A stretch of 64,000 bases of DNA, taken from the NCBI GenBank assembly GCA_050916045.1, contig CP051526.1, forward strand, positions 960,001 to 1,024,000, given 5' to 3'. Below are positions 39,182 to 49,500 of this stretch, piece by piece (positions within the stretch are counted from its first letter, which is position 1; each line of letters starts with the position of its first letter). The stretch comes from Tepidisphaera sp. (GTDB lineage Bacteria > Planctomycetota > Phycisphaerae > Phycisphaerales > UBA1924). A program made the translations under genes and the position numbers. The notes beneath the pieces are model-generated. The model saw only the letters and a program-made list of their open reading frames with translations. It was not told the DNA's origin and searched no databases.

Positions 39182-39895
39182 ATGACAACTTTCGGTAGTC
39201 CATCGGAAATCGGCAACATCCTCCAAAGTGCATGCTTTGAGTTTCGAGGCAACCTCTTGGCGTTGGAACTCGATTTCCAACTCAGCGTCGCTGCATTTCA
39301 CCTGCTGCGAGATCGTCTGCATGCTGTGGAGGACGGAGACGGCATTTCTCTCGAACTAGATCCGGATTCGGCAATACAAATCGAATCGTGCGGCCCGCTC
39401 CTGCACAATAAGGCGATAAAGAATAGAGTCATTGAAATGCGACACTCGCAACCCGCGCTTCAATCGCTCTATGTGCTGTGGGGCTACTTCGAGCATTGGC
39501 AAGTGCAGCTAATATCCGCATCGTCTCCCACCACTGCGCCGCGCCGAACCCTACCGTTCAAACAAGCGAACGATAGGCTTCAGCGTGACTTGTTCTTGAA
39601 CATTGAAAAGCTCGAGCACTTCGAACAGTGTCGCGAAGCCAAGGAAACAAGAAACGCTTGGATACACAACGGCGGCAAGGCGGATGAGAACTATATGACG
39701 CAAACTAAGACATATGCCAGAGCAAAGGATAATGCGGTCTTGCCGGTGAATCACGCGTACTTCAAAGAGGTGCTGTTCTCGTTTGAAAGTCTGGTCGCCG
39801 AGGCTCAGCAGATTCTCTTGGAAAAGTACCCGCCGAAGTCTCCATTCGATAGCGAGAAAGCCGCGAGATCGCTGTTCGAGGACGTCGACGACTGA
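39182..39895 (+). CDS. HEPN-like protein (RxxxxH motif)
   Basis: GAGGAG RBS; helical protein with LWGYFE and RNAWIHNGG; atypical codon usage. Confidence 0.55.
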   Translation: MTTFGSPSEIGNILQSACFEFRGNLLALELDFQLSVAAFHLLRDRLHAVEDGDGISLELDPDSAIQIESCGPLLHNKAIKNRVIEMRHSQPALQSLYVLWGYFEHWQVQLISASSPTTAPRRTLPFKQANDRLQRDLFLNIEKLEHFEQCREAKETRNAWIHNGGKADENYMTQTKTYARAKDNAVLPVNHAYFKEVLFSFESLVAEAQQILLEKYPPKSPFDSEKAARSLFEDVDD

Positions 39896-39993
39896 ATCGG
39901 GGGCCTAGGTGATGCGCCGAACGTGGCCTTGGATGATCGGTCGCTCGGGCTGGGCTCGTTCGGTGCCGGACCAGCGTCATTCGGCGGAGTTCT

Positions 39994-40182
39994 GATGGCG
40001 ATGGGTGCTCCGCCGACGCGCTTGGATGCTCTGCCGATGGCGATTGACGCGATTCTGATCGCGATCGGTGCTCCGCCAATGACGATCGGCGATCTGCTGA
40101 TGGCGATGGGCACTCTGCCAACGCGCTTGGATGGTCTGTTGATGGCGATGGGTGCTCTGCTGACGCGCTTAGAAGGCCTGCT
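39994..40182. repeat. Degenerate 21-bp tandem repeat array (9 clear units)
   Basis: Units in exact 21-nt register, e.g. GATGGCGATGGGTGCTCCGCC, GACGCGCTTGGATGCTCTGCC, GATGGCGATGGGCACTCTGCC, AACGCGCTTGGATGGTCTGTT, GATGGCGATGGGTGCTCTGCT. Confidence 0.85.
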
Positions 40183-40434
40183 GGATGGGGGCGTCAGACA
40201 GTTTGGGGGGTTGAATCGGCTTGATGACCGTGGAATCAGGGCCGAGAACGGTGGGGACACCGCTCTGGAGAGCGGTGCCACCAAAGGCCCTCGCACCCGC
40301 CCCACACAGAAAAATCTGCACAACCGCTCAACCCCTACCCCGGGTTGTCCGATTCCTTTACCGGCTTTGGGGCCGAAGCCCTGGTGCCAAGTGCTTCGTG
40401 CCCAGTGCCTCTTCCCCCCCCCAAGGAGCCCCCC

Positions 40435-41145
40435 ATGTCCATCGTCCCCGCGAACATCCGCCCCGCCATCGACTTCTGCCTCGTGCACGCCACCGTGTGG
40501 CAGGCCAACGCTTTGGCCATCGGGCTGACCGCCGGGCAAGCCACGGCGTTCAAGAACGCGGCGACGGCGGCGGACACTTCGTTTGTGGCGCGCGAGAACG
40601 CGGCCAACGCGGCCAAGGCGGCGACGGTGAATCAGGCCAGCGCGGTCTCGGCGATGCGCATCAGCGCGGCCGACACGCTGCGGTCCATTAAGGCGTTCGC
40701 CGAGGCGAGCGCGAACCCGGCGGCGGTGTACGCGATTGCCCAGATCCCGCCGCCCGCGACGCCCAGCCCTCGCCCGGCACCCGGGCAGCCGACGGACTTT
40801 AAAGTGAACCTCAATCCCGGCGGCTCGATCACGCTCAAGTGGAAATGCCCGAACCCGGCGGGCTCGACCGGCACCGTGTACCACGTCTATCGCAGGATCG
40901 GCGGGGCCGAGTCGCCCGTGACGGACCTTGGCACCATCGGCGTCCGCGAATTCACCGACGAGACCGTCCCCTCCTCTGCAGGGGGCGTGGGGGTCGTGTA
41001 CATCGTGCAGGCGCAGCGGGCGGAACTGCTCGGCGCGGCGTCGCTGCCGATGACGGTCCAGTTCGGCGTCGGCGGCGGCGGAAGCTTGGCCATTACAGCG
41101 GCTTTCACCGGCGCGGGACCGGTGCAGGTCAAGAACGCGGCGTGA
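40435..41145 (+). CDS. Signal-less protein: Ala-rich helical bundle, Pro linker, fibronectin type III-like domain
   Basis: AAGGAG RBS; FN3-like pattern PTDF.V...ITLKW...YHVYRR...FTD..V...YIVQAQR; C-terminus KNAA. Confidence 0.7.
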   Translation: MSIVPANIRPAIDFCLVHATVWQANALAIGLTAGQATAFKNAATAADTSFVARENAANAAKAATVNQASAVSAMRISAADTLRSIKAFAEASANPAAVYAIAQIPPPATPSPRPAPGQPTDFKVNLNPGGSITLKWKCPNPAGSTGTVYHVYRRIGGAESPVTDLGTIGVREFTDETVPSSAGGVGVVYIVQAQRAELLGAASLPMTVQFGVGGGGSLAITAAFTGAGPVQVKNAA

Positions 41146-41856
41146 TCAGACGCCCAGCACGCCGCCCAAACCCGTCAAGCCGAGGGGCTCTTTGGTGTAG
41201 AAACCTTCGGCGGCTTTGCAGCCGATGCGTGAGCCCAGGTAGAGGTCCTGGGCCCGCAGCCATTCGACGACATCCCGGTTCTTCGCGTGGTCGATGAATT
41301 GGCTCTTGTACGCGAGGATCGCGCGGATCTTGGCTTCGTGGGTGGTTGTGGTGTCGATCAGGAACGTCGGGTCGGGCATGCGCCGCAGGTGCGAGCAGTA
41401 GTAGTAGAAGAGCCACTTGGGATACAAGGGCGGGCCGATCGTGTCAAAGCCCGGCGGCACAGGCATCTCAACTTTGGTGAGTTTGGCGTCGAACCGGGCG
41501 TCCTCGACGATCCGCGTCGTCGCGAGGTGGTCGGGGTGGGCATCCTCGGGGTGCGGGCAGAAGACGATGGTGGCCTGGTGGGCTCGGATCAGGCCCGCGA
41601 CCATGTGCCGTGCTTCGAGGGTGTGCTGCACGCGGCGGTTGGGGAGGTCGAGCAGGACGCGCTTGACCCCGAGGACCTTCGCGGCCTCGGCGGCTTCAGC
41701 CAGTCGAGTGGGCCGATCGCCCACAGGCGTCGGGCAGCCGTCGGTCATGTCGCAAAGCAGCACATCATGCCCCTGCGCGATCAGCAGGGCGATGGTGCCC
41801 CCCATGCCGATCTCTTGATCGTCTGGGTGCGGGCCGACTACGAGTATCTTTGCCAT
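41146..41856 (-). CDS. bshB1: PIG-L family deacetylase, BshB1-like
   Basis: GPHPDDQEIGMGG, DAHPDH, ARFDAKL, AYKSQF, GSRIG..AAEGF; start ATG 41856. Confidence 0.8.
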   Translation of the reverse strand: MAKILVVGPHPDDQEIGMGGTIALLIAQGHDVLLCDMTDGCPTPVGDRPTRLAEAAEAAKVLGVKRVLLDLPNRRVQHTLEARHMVAGLIRAHQATIVFCPHPEDAHPDHLATTRIVEDARFDAKLTKVEMPVPPGFDTIGPPLYPKWLFYYYCSHLRRMPDPTFLIDTTTTHEAKIRAILAYKSQFIDHAKNRDVVEWLRAQDLYLGSRIGCKAAEGFYTKEPLGLTGLGGVLGV

Positions 41857-41858
41857 CG

Positions 41859-42347
41859 CTACCTCGCTGATTGGACTGTGCGGGTCATTTTGCGACGCAA
41901 CCGGGGGCCGCCCGTGCCCCAGTTCGACTCTTCCCCTGCCAGATACTCCTCGCGGGTTACTTCGCGACCGTCGGGTGTGTAGTGTCTGGTCGTGGGTGCA
42001 TCGACGGGCGACGCGCCATTGACGTAGTAAATCTTCTGGGAGATCGAGCCGTCGTCGCGGAGGTACACGCCCCACCCCTCCATGCCAGGGCCCCAGTCGG
42101 TCTGGAAGACCGGCGTGCCGTCGGGCTTGAACCATTCGGATCGCGACATCCGACTCCCGTAGTAGTATTCGACAAGCATGGGCTGCTCGGGAGCGTCGGC
42201 GTAGTAGTAGCGGATGACGCCGGTCCCCCAACAGGACATACCGTCTTTGCCTTTTCTCAGCGTTCCCGGTATCCGCGGCACGATGAAGTACGCCGCGACG
42301 ACAAGGGTCACGATCGATCCAGCGATGATGAGCGTCCGATGTCGCAT
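41859..42347 (-). CDS. Membrane-anchored hypothetical protein, MORN-variant-like
   Basis: N-terminal TM; G..YY / DG repeats (GVYLRDDG..YVNG); start estimated. Confidence 0.5.
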   Translation of the reverse strand: MRHRTLIIAGSIVTLVVAAYFIVPRIPGTLRKGKDGMSCWGTGVIRYYYADAPEQPMLVEYYYGSRMSRSEWFKPDGTPVFQTDWGPGMEGWGVYLRDDGSISQKIYYVNGASPVDAPTTRHYTPDGREVTREEYLAGEESNWGTGGPRLRRKMTRTVQSAR

Positions 42348-42418
42348 GCTGAACGTTGTCCCGTCTCTCACTGTTCGCGCGTCGCGGTTCGCCATTCCCG
42401 ATCGCGTCCGCGATCGCT

Positions 42419-42880
42419 TCAGTCCGCCCCAGCTTTGACGGTGATCAAGCCGAGGAGGACGGTCTGTTGCTGGTCCGGGGCGGTTCCGGTCTGCGTGCCC
42501 GACGTCTCAAGCTGAGCCAGCGCGATGATGTCGGGGATGTACGCCGCGAAGAACCCACCCGCCCGGAACCGCTCGCCGTTCTCATCCACGAACGCTTCGA
42601 GCGGGAGCGTCACCGTTTCGCCGACCGCGATGGACCGGATGTCGTACGCGTACCGGCGGTTGATCCAGATCGTGCTCGGGCCGAAAGCCCGCGGCGTCGT
42701 GTTCGTGAACTCGACCTCCCGCGACCGCCGGAAGACCTGAATGTCGAGCGTGCCGAATTGGGGCATCGCCTGCGGGTACGCCCGGGCCGTCGCGCCCGCG
42801 TCGGGGGTTGACTGGCAGCCGGCGAAGAGGGCCGCGGCGGCGGTGAAAGCCAGCATTGCGATCGTGGTTCGGGTCTTCAC
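42419..42880 (-). CDS. Hypothetical lipoprotein
   Basis: Lipobox LFAG-C; beta-rich body. Confidence 0.7.
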   Translation of the reverse strand: MKTRTTIAMLAFTAAAALFAGCQSTPDAGATARAYPQAMPQFGTLDIQVFRRSREVEFTNTTPRAFGPSTIWINRRYAYDIRSIAVGETVTLPLEAFVDENGERFRAGGFFAAYIPDIIALAQLETSGTQTGTAPDQQQTVLLGLITVKAGAD

Positions 42881-42953
42881 GCGGGCATCCTAAGCACCGA
42901 CGCCGGGCTTGGGTGCCTGCGGCGGCGGGGGGAAAGGTCTCTTACCATCCCGC

Positions 42954-44351
42954 ATGTCCGTCTCCCCCGAGTCCAACAACGCCACGCTTCCCACACCCGC
43001 GATCGCTCCGGGAGGGGAGGACATCGATGTTCGGTGCGCTGCCGAGCGGATCGCCTCTCGCGGCATGGACAAGCGGGTGCTCGCGGCGGTCCCGGCCTTT
43101 GACGCCCCCTTCTTCCAAGCCGGCCTCGCCGGATACTCCGACGCCGCCATGCGTCTGATCGCTCGCCGCCACGGTTGCCCCTTCTGCGTCACCGAAGCTC
43201 TGCTCGACCGCACGCTCATCGCCGGAGGCCGAGGCTTCACCAAAGCCGACCTCGGCGAACTTCACGAGAACATCCCCGGCGGCCCCGAGGACCATCCTCT
43301 CGCGTGCCAGATCATGGGGAGCGATCCCGAGGAAATGGCCGCCGCCGCGCTCAAAGCCGCCGAGCAGGGCAAACGCGGCAACCGCTTCTACCGCCGCATG
43401 GCCTACCGGGGCTCGCTTTCCCCCGACTTCTCGATGCCCCTCCGCCTCCCTGGCGGCGAACAGCTCGACCCGACGGAGGGCCTCGCCGCCGGCGAGGGCT
43501 GCGAGGATGAAACCTGCGAGACCCTCATCGATGAGATCAACGCCGTCGATGGAGACGGCGAAGAAAGCCGCGACCTCACGGGGCCACGAGATCACGAAGA
43601 CAAGCCCGACGCCGTGACGGCTTCCCTCTCTTTCGAGACCATCGACGTCAATCTCGCGTGCCCGGTGAAGAAGATCAAGTCCAAAGCCCGCGGCGGGCAC
43701 TGGCTCGCGGACCCGGCGGGGGCCATCCGGATCCTCGAAGCCGTCCGCGACGCCGTGCCGCGCGACATCCCCTGCACCGTCAAAATCCGCCGCAGCTTCG
43801 ACGACACGCCGGAGATGATCGGCAACATCCACGCGATTCTCGACGCTTGCCAGCGGATGGGTTACGCCTGGGCCACCGTCCACGCCCGCACCGTGCTTCA
43901 GAAGTACGTGGGCCCCAGCCGCTGGGACCTCCTCAAGGGGATCGTCGCCAAGCACCCGGATTTCCCGATCTTCGGCTCGGGGGATGTCTGGGAAGCCGGC
44001 GACATCTTCCGCATGATGGAGTACACGGGCGTAGTGGGGGCTTCCGTCGCTCGCGGCTGCATCGGCAACCCCTGGATTTTCCGCCAGGCTCGCGACCTCC
44101 TCGCGGGGCGCGACCCCCGTCCGCCGACAGTCGCCGAGCAACGGGCCGTGCTCGAACAGCACTTCCGGCTCCTGCTCGCCGTCAATGCCGGGATGCGGCA
44201 GACCGAGGAAACGACGAGCCGAATGATGCGGAAATTCGGCATCCGCTTCTCCGTGCACCACCCGCGAGCAGAAGAGGTGCGTCGTGGAATGATCGCGGTC
44301 GCGTCCCACGCAGATTGGAACGCCCTGCTTGAACGCGAGTACGCCGGATAG
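42954..44351 (+). CDS. dus: tRNA-dihydrouridine synthase (DusB-like) with large internal insertion
   Basis: AGLAGYSD..MR, QIMGSDP, IDVNLACPVKK (catalytic Cys), TVKIR, VHART, GSGDV, ARGCIGNPWIF. Confidence 0.88.
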   Translation: MSVSPESNNATLPTPAIAPGGEDIDVRCAAERIASRGMDKRVLAAVPAFDAPFFQAGLAGYSDAAMRLIARRHGCPFCVTEALLDRTLIAGGRGFTKADLGELHENIPGGPEDHPLACQIMGSDPEEMAAAALKAAEQGKRGNRFYRRMAYRGSLSPDFSMPLRLPGGEQLDPTEGLAAGEGCEDETCETLIDEINAVDGDGEESRDLTGPRDHEDKPDAVTASLSFETIDVNLACPVKKIKSKARGGHWLADPAGAIRILEAVRDAVPRDIPCTVKIRRSFDDTPEMIGNIHAILDACQRMGYAWATVHARTVLQKYVGPSRWDLLKGIVAKHPDFPIFGSGDVWEAGDIFRMMEYTGVVGASVARGCIGNPWIFRQARDLLAGRDPRPPTVAEQRAVLEQHFRLLLAVNAGMRQTEETTSRMMRKFGIRFSVHHPRAEEVRRGMIAVASHADWNALLEREYAG

Positions 44352-44394
44352 GCCGCGTGCCGCAACCCTTGCTCGATCTCGCGCGTAGACAAGC

Positions 44395-45021
44395 ATGCGA
44401 CTGCAATGGCACAGATCGATCGCGTGCGCCGCGTTGGCCTTGACCGCGACCATCGGATCCGGTTGTGACCGCGAGCAGGATCGCGTGCAAGCGACCGCTT
44501 CGCTCGCCGCTTCCCCGGCGGGTGGTCGGGCCGCCGCGGCCGCCCAGTTCGTCCGTCTCATGGCGGCGGGCAAGGTCACCACCGAGACCATGATCGATTC
44601 CGCGTGGAACGCCGTCGATCAGGCTGCGGCGGGGACGAACGCCCAGGCGAGCATCGACGCGACGACCTTCGCCGGAGCCGTGCTCGACGCGATCGCCGCC
44701 CGCGAGCCGGAACTGCTCAAGCAGGTCGGCGGCGGTGAGTTCGAACTCTTCTGGATGAAGGTCGGCGGCTTGGCGTACAAAGCCGCCGAGGAAGCACACG
44801 CCAAGGGCCGCGTCGCCGAAGCCCTCACGCTCGTCTTTGGCGGCGGCGGCCGCTGGCAGACCGAAGCCTACTGGAACCGCCAAAGCCACCACGACGCGGT
44901 CGCGGCGCTCGTCCTGTTCAAGTCGGGCCAGCGGGCTCAGGCCGTGCAGCGCCTCGAATCCCGGGCGGACCTCCAGCCCCCGGCGACCGACGTGCTCGCC
45001 GCGATCCGGGCGGCCCGCTGA
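44395..45021 (+). CDS. Hypothetical helical lipoprotein
   Basis: Lipobox IGSG-C; TPR-like Ala-rich helices. Confidence 0.6.
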   Translation: MRLQWHRSIACAALALTATIGSGCDREQDRVQATASLAASPAGGRAAAAAQFVRLMAAGKVTTETMIDSAWNAVDQAAAGTNAQASIDATTFAGAVLDAIAAREPELLKQVGGGEFELFWMKVGGLAYKAAEEAHAKGRVAEALTLVFGGGGRWQTEAYWNRQSHHDAVAALVLFKSGQRAQAVQRLESRADLQPPATDVLAAIRAAR

Positions 45022-45260
45022 CGCGTCACCCCAGGCCGCAAAACCCTCGAAACCCGCGAATTCCCGGGTTTGGCGCCGTTCGGCAGATTCTGCCTGAAAT
45101 CCGCACGCTTGTTGCGCGTTTTGGTCCGCTTTCGCGGCGATCTCCGGGGACCTTGTTTCTTTCTCTGTGATCCCCTGCGATCGCGTGGGACCGGCCGGTC
45201 CCGGCGAAGGCCCGGACCCGGTCTCGGAATCCTGCGAAGGCCGCCCCCGTGCGCCGGTCT

Positions 45261-45286
45261 GAATCCAAGTGTGAAGCGGGGGCGAA
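45261..45286 (+). promoter_or_regulatory. Candidate SigK-like ECF promoter
   Basis: GAATCC-N15-GCGAA, close to the mycobacterial SigK consensus CCATCC-N15-CCGAA, about 90 nt upstream of a fasciclin gene. Confidence 0.35.
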
Positions 45287-45375
45287 GTAGTTGCGTCGGG
45301 CGGGTCTGCCGCGACGGGCTCTGTGTGAGAGCCTCGCGTCAAGCGGCCTGTTCCCGACTTCAACGGAGCTTCTCG

Positions 45376-46356
45376 ATGAATGCGACTTCCATGGTTGCGG
45401 TGTGGTCCCTCGTCCTCGTCGCCGGTTCGGCGATGGCCCAGTCCTCCTGCACGGCCGGTTCCAAGACGGCTTCCTCGACCTGCAGCGGCGAGAAGCTGAC
45501 CGCCAAGGAGACCGTTGAAGAGGGCGCGGAAGGCGATATCGTCGAGACCGCGGTCGCCGCCGGGAGCTTCAAGACCCTCGCCGCCGCTCTCAAGGCCGCC
45601 GACCTCGTCGACGCCCTCAAGGGCAAGGGCCCCTTCACCGTCTTCGCCCCGACCGACGAAGCTTTCGCCAAGCTCCCCAAGGGCACGCTTGAGACCCTTC
45701 TCAAGCCTGAGAACAAAGCCAAACTTCAGTCGATCCTGAAGTACCACGTCCTCAGCGGCGCGGTCTTCGCCAAGGACGTCAAGACCATGTCCGCCGAGAC
45801 CCTCGACGGCCAGCGCATCGACCTCAAGGTCGAGACCAAGGGCAAGGACACGACCGTCATGATCGACAAGGCCAAGGTCACGGCCACGGACATCAAGGCC
45901 ACCAACGGCGTGATCCACGTCATTGACTCGGTCATCCTCCCCAGCGACAAGACGGTCGTCGAGACCGCCGCCGCGGCCAGCGAGTTCAAGACCCTCGCCA
46001 CCCTCATCGAGAAGGCCGGCCTCGTCGACGTCCTCAACGGCAAGGGCCCCTTCACCGTCTTCGCCCCCACCGACGCGGCTTTCGCCAAGCTCCCCAAGGA
46101 GACCGTCGAAGCCCTCCTCAAGCCTGAGAACAAGGCCCAGCTCGTCGAGATCCTCAAGTATCACGTCGTCTCTGGCCGCATCTTCTCCGACGCCGCCCTC
46201 AAGGCTGGCAAGGCCAAGACCCTCCAGGGCGGCGAAGTCGCCATCAAGTCCGAAGGCGGCAAGGCGACCGTCGGCGGCGCGGGCCTCACGGCCACCGACC
46301 TCGACGCCAGCAACGGTGTGATCCACGTGATCGACACCGTCCTGCTCCCCAAGTAA
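45376..46356 (+). CDS. Fasciclin (2x FAS1) domain protein
   Basis: Signal peptide AMA-Q; two copies of [21 protein letters not shown] and [15 protein letters not shown]. Confidence 0.95.
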   Translation: MNATSMVAVWSLVLVAGSAMAQSSCTAGSKTASSTCSGEKLTAKETVEEGAEGDIVETAVAAGSFKTLAAALKAADLVDALKGKGPFTVFAPTDEAFAKLPKGTLETLLKPENKAKLQSILKYHVLSGAVFAKDVKTMSAETLDGQRIDLKVETKGKDTTVMIDKAKVTATDIKATNGVIHVIDSVILPSDKTVVETAAAASEFKTLATLIEKAGLVDVLNGKGPFTVFAPTDAAFAKLPKETVEALLKPENKAQLVEILKYHVVSGRIFSDAALKAGKAKTLQGGEVAIKSEGGKATVGGAGLTATDLDASNGVIHVIDTVLLPK

Positions 46357-46502
46357 TCCCCGGGTGGGGTTTGTTCCAACAGTGGTGACCTGAGACTCGA
46401 TCCGAGTCTCCCCTCGCGGGCGCGATGCGGCAGGCGTCGCGCCCGCTTTCCTTGCGGGCTGGTCCTCGATTCGTCCGGGCTGGGCCGCATGCCGCCGCCG
46501 GC

Positions 46503-49500
46503 TTACTTGCGCTCGCGGATGAAGATGTTGGCGAACTGGATCGGGTCGCCGTGATTCTGAAGGGCGATGGGCCCCTCGGGATTGACGCCCGGAAGCTGCG
46601 CCTGGTCGATCACCTTCACGCCGTTCAGCGTGACCGTCAGCCGGTCGCCCTTCATGACGGCGTGGATGCGATTCCACTCGCCGATGGGACGGTCGGCGAC
46701 GGCTTTGGGCGTGACGCCGGCCTTGATGGCGGCGGGCATGGCGGGGTCGGTGCGGTACCCGTAGACCTCGCCCGAGCCGATCGGCCAGCACCAGATGTTG
46801 ATCTGGCTCTTGTCGGATCCGCGAAGGTAGATGCCTGAATCACCCGCGCTCATGACCTTGGCCATCACGGTCTGGCCGTTCTCATCCTTCTTGCTCTCGC
46901 CGCTGGGCAGGATGACCGGGTACTCCACTTCCTTGGGCTGGCCCGTCCAGCGCCAGTCCGCGATCAGCTCAAAGTCCTTGTACGACTTCTCCGACCAGAG
47001 GTGGTCGGCTTTCCCGTCAAAGCTGAGCGTCCAATCCTCCGCTTTCCAGTGGTCGGCCATGCCGGGCTTCGCCTTCCAGCCGTCGAGATTGAGGCCGTTG
47101 TAAAGCGGTACCCACCCATCCGCGCCGGTCGCGATCTGCGCGGGCTCGAGGGGCGTCGCCGAGTCGGGAAGCTTCTTCAGACGGATGTTTCGGAAATCGA
47201 TGGGACCACCCTCGGACTCCAGGCAGATGTAGCCCTTCCGCGGCGAACAGTTCTTGCCGCGCGTCACGACCTTCCCGTTGACCGCCAGGGAGATCTCTCC
47301 GTTCTGACAGACCACGCGGTAGTGGTTCCACGCCGGCGAAGCGTTCATCCGTGCTTCGGTCGGATACGCCCGGTCGCCGCCGTTGGGCCTGGGGTTGAGC
47401 GGGGTCATCTTGGCGCCATGGATCGGGAAGATGTCCCCGTCAGAGGTGTACCAATCCCCCTTGAGGCCGTCCATCACCTGGACTTCGATGCTCCGCGTGA
47501 ACGGCTGGCCCCGCGCGGTCAGAGCGTCGGACCAGACGAAGAGCCCGGCGTTCCCGCCCGCCCGCAGGTGCCGCCATTCCAGCTCGAGGATGAAGTTCTC
47601 GTACATCTCCGCCGTGCGGATCACGCCCGTGGGCACGCCCGTGCAGCGGATGATCGGCATTCCCGCTTCATCCTTACCCACGGTGAAAGTGGAGGGGGCG
47701 CAGTTCACATTGACCCAGCCGCCCGCTTCGCCGAAGAGATCCTTGCCGTTGAAGATCGGCACAAGCCCCTCATCCGTTCCGCGGAAAGGCTCGACCGCGA
47801 GCGCGAGGTCCACGACGGCGTCGTTCCAGCCGTCCGTGCGGAACGGAGCCGCCGGCAGGCCCGCGCCGCTGACGAGGTTGGTCTCGCAGTCGTCGTCCCA
47901 CGCGTAGCGGACATGCACGGGTTTGGCGATGGCGGGGCTGCTGACGATCACGGAGTCGCCGTCGATCTTGGCTTCCGCCCGCACGAATCGCTTGTTCTCT
48001 CCGGCGATCAGGAAGTGACGCGGAGCCTGCCCATCCGAGGTCTTGAGCCCGTCCACTTCCGCGAGCTTGACGCGGATGGACGAGCCTTCGACGGCAAAGC
48101 TCGCCATGGTCGGCCCGCGGAATGCGAGCGAAGCCTCGCCGTACACCTTCGCGCGGGCCCAGAGGGCAAGGCGCCGTCCGACTTCCCGCTTGTTGGTCGG
48201 GTGGATGTCCTTGGGGTCGCCGATGTCCATCGTGATCGCCAAGCCCGCGGCTTTGTCGGCGGCGACGGCTTTGGCCTGCTGCTCGCGGATCGCCGCCGTC
48301 TCGCCCTTGTCACCCCCGTAGGTGAACGGCGCGAGTTGGACGACGCCGAAAGCCATCTCCGGCGATTGGAACTGCTTCCGCCAGTCCGCGAAGAGCCCGG
48401 TGAGCATCGACCCGTAAAGCGGGCCATCGCCGCGATTGGACTCGCCCTGGTACCAGAGCGCCCCACGCAGCGTGTGCGGCACCAGCGTCGCGATCATCCC
48501 GTTGTACAGATACGACGGAGCCGACCAGACCTGAACGTCCGTCGCGGGCACCGAGCCGATCTCGGCGACCGTGGGGCCCTTCAAGTACTTCCATGAGCCC
48601 GCGAGCGGAATGGTCGCGCCCCCCTCGATCCGCACCGCAAGCATCTCCGGCTTGCTCGAAACCCCGCCGATCCCGCCCAAGCCGCTGGTGTCCAGCACCC
48701 GCACGGCGAGCACGTTCCTTCCGGCGACGAGCACCCCGGCGGGGACGGCGTACTCGCGGGCGACGTTCCACTTGCCATCATCCCGGGTCGCGCCGACGAG
48801 CTTTCCGTTGATCCACGCGTCGTCTCGGTCGTCGATGGGGCCCAGCGTCAGGGTCGCGGCTTTGCCGGCGCTCGCGGCGGGGACTTCGAACGCGACGCGC
48901 TGGTAAAGCACGCCGTTGAACTGATCCAGCCCGTCGCCCATCGCCGCGTTCCACGAAGAAGGCACGGGGATCGTCTTCCACGCCGAATCATCAAACCCCG
49001 GAGCCGACCAGCCCGCGCCGAGCTTGGGCCCTTTCGCGTCAAACGAGGTCCACCAGCGCTCCACCGCGCTGCCTGTGAGCTCGCCCCGGCGGTTGGGGTC
49101 GCGCAGGGCATCCATCACCGACGCCAGCTCGCGGGTGTGCGGAAAGGTCGCGGCCGCTTCCTGGCTCAGCCAGGGCTCGATCCGCGTTCCGCCCCAGTTG
49201 CAATGGATCAGCCCGACGGGGACGCCGAGCTTGGCCCGAAGCTCGCGGCCGAAGGAGTATCCGACCGCGGAGAAGTCCCTGACCGTCGCGGGGGTGGTGG
49301 GGGTCCAGCTTCCGCGGTTGTCCGACCGCGGCCACAAGCTCGGCTCCTGCTCGACCCGGAAAAGCTTGAGGCCCGCGTCGTTGCCGCTCGCGATCTCCTT
49401 CTCCGCGTCCGTCGAAGCACGCACCGGCCATTCCATGTTCGACTGCCCGCCGCACAACCAAACCTCGCCGATCAGCACTTCATTCACGGTCACCGTGTTG

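Noticed and set aside
39994..40182. 21-bp array as a CRISPR array
   Set aside because: Units are contiguous and degenerate with no unique spacers, and no cas genes are present.
39923..40528. ORF through the 21-bp array as a confident gene
   Set aside because: No clear RBS, it overlaps the FN3 gene start, and several frames are equally open, so the coding frame cannot be chosen.
43371..43630. Dus insertion as an intein
   Set aside because: No N-terminal Cys/Ser block, no terminal His-Asn followed by C/S/T, and it is too short.
45560..46350. Near-identical DNA blocks in the fasciclin gene as a DGR template/variable pair
   Set aside because: Explained by an in-frame FAS1 domain duplication; no reverse transcriptase nearby and no adenine-specific variation noticed.
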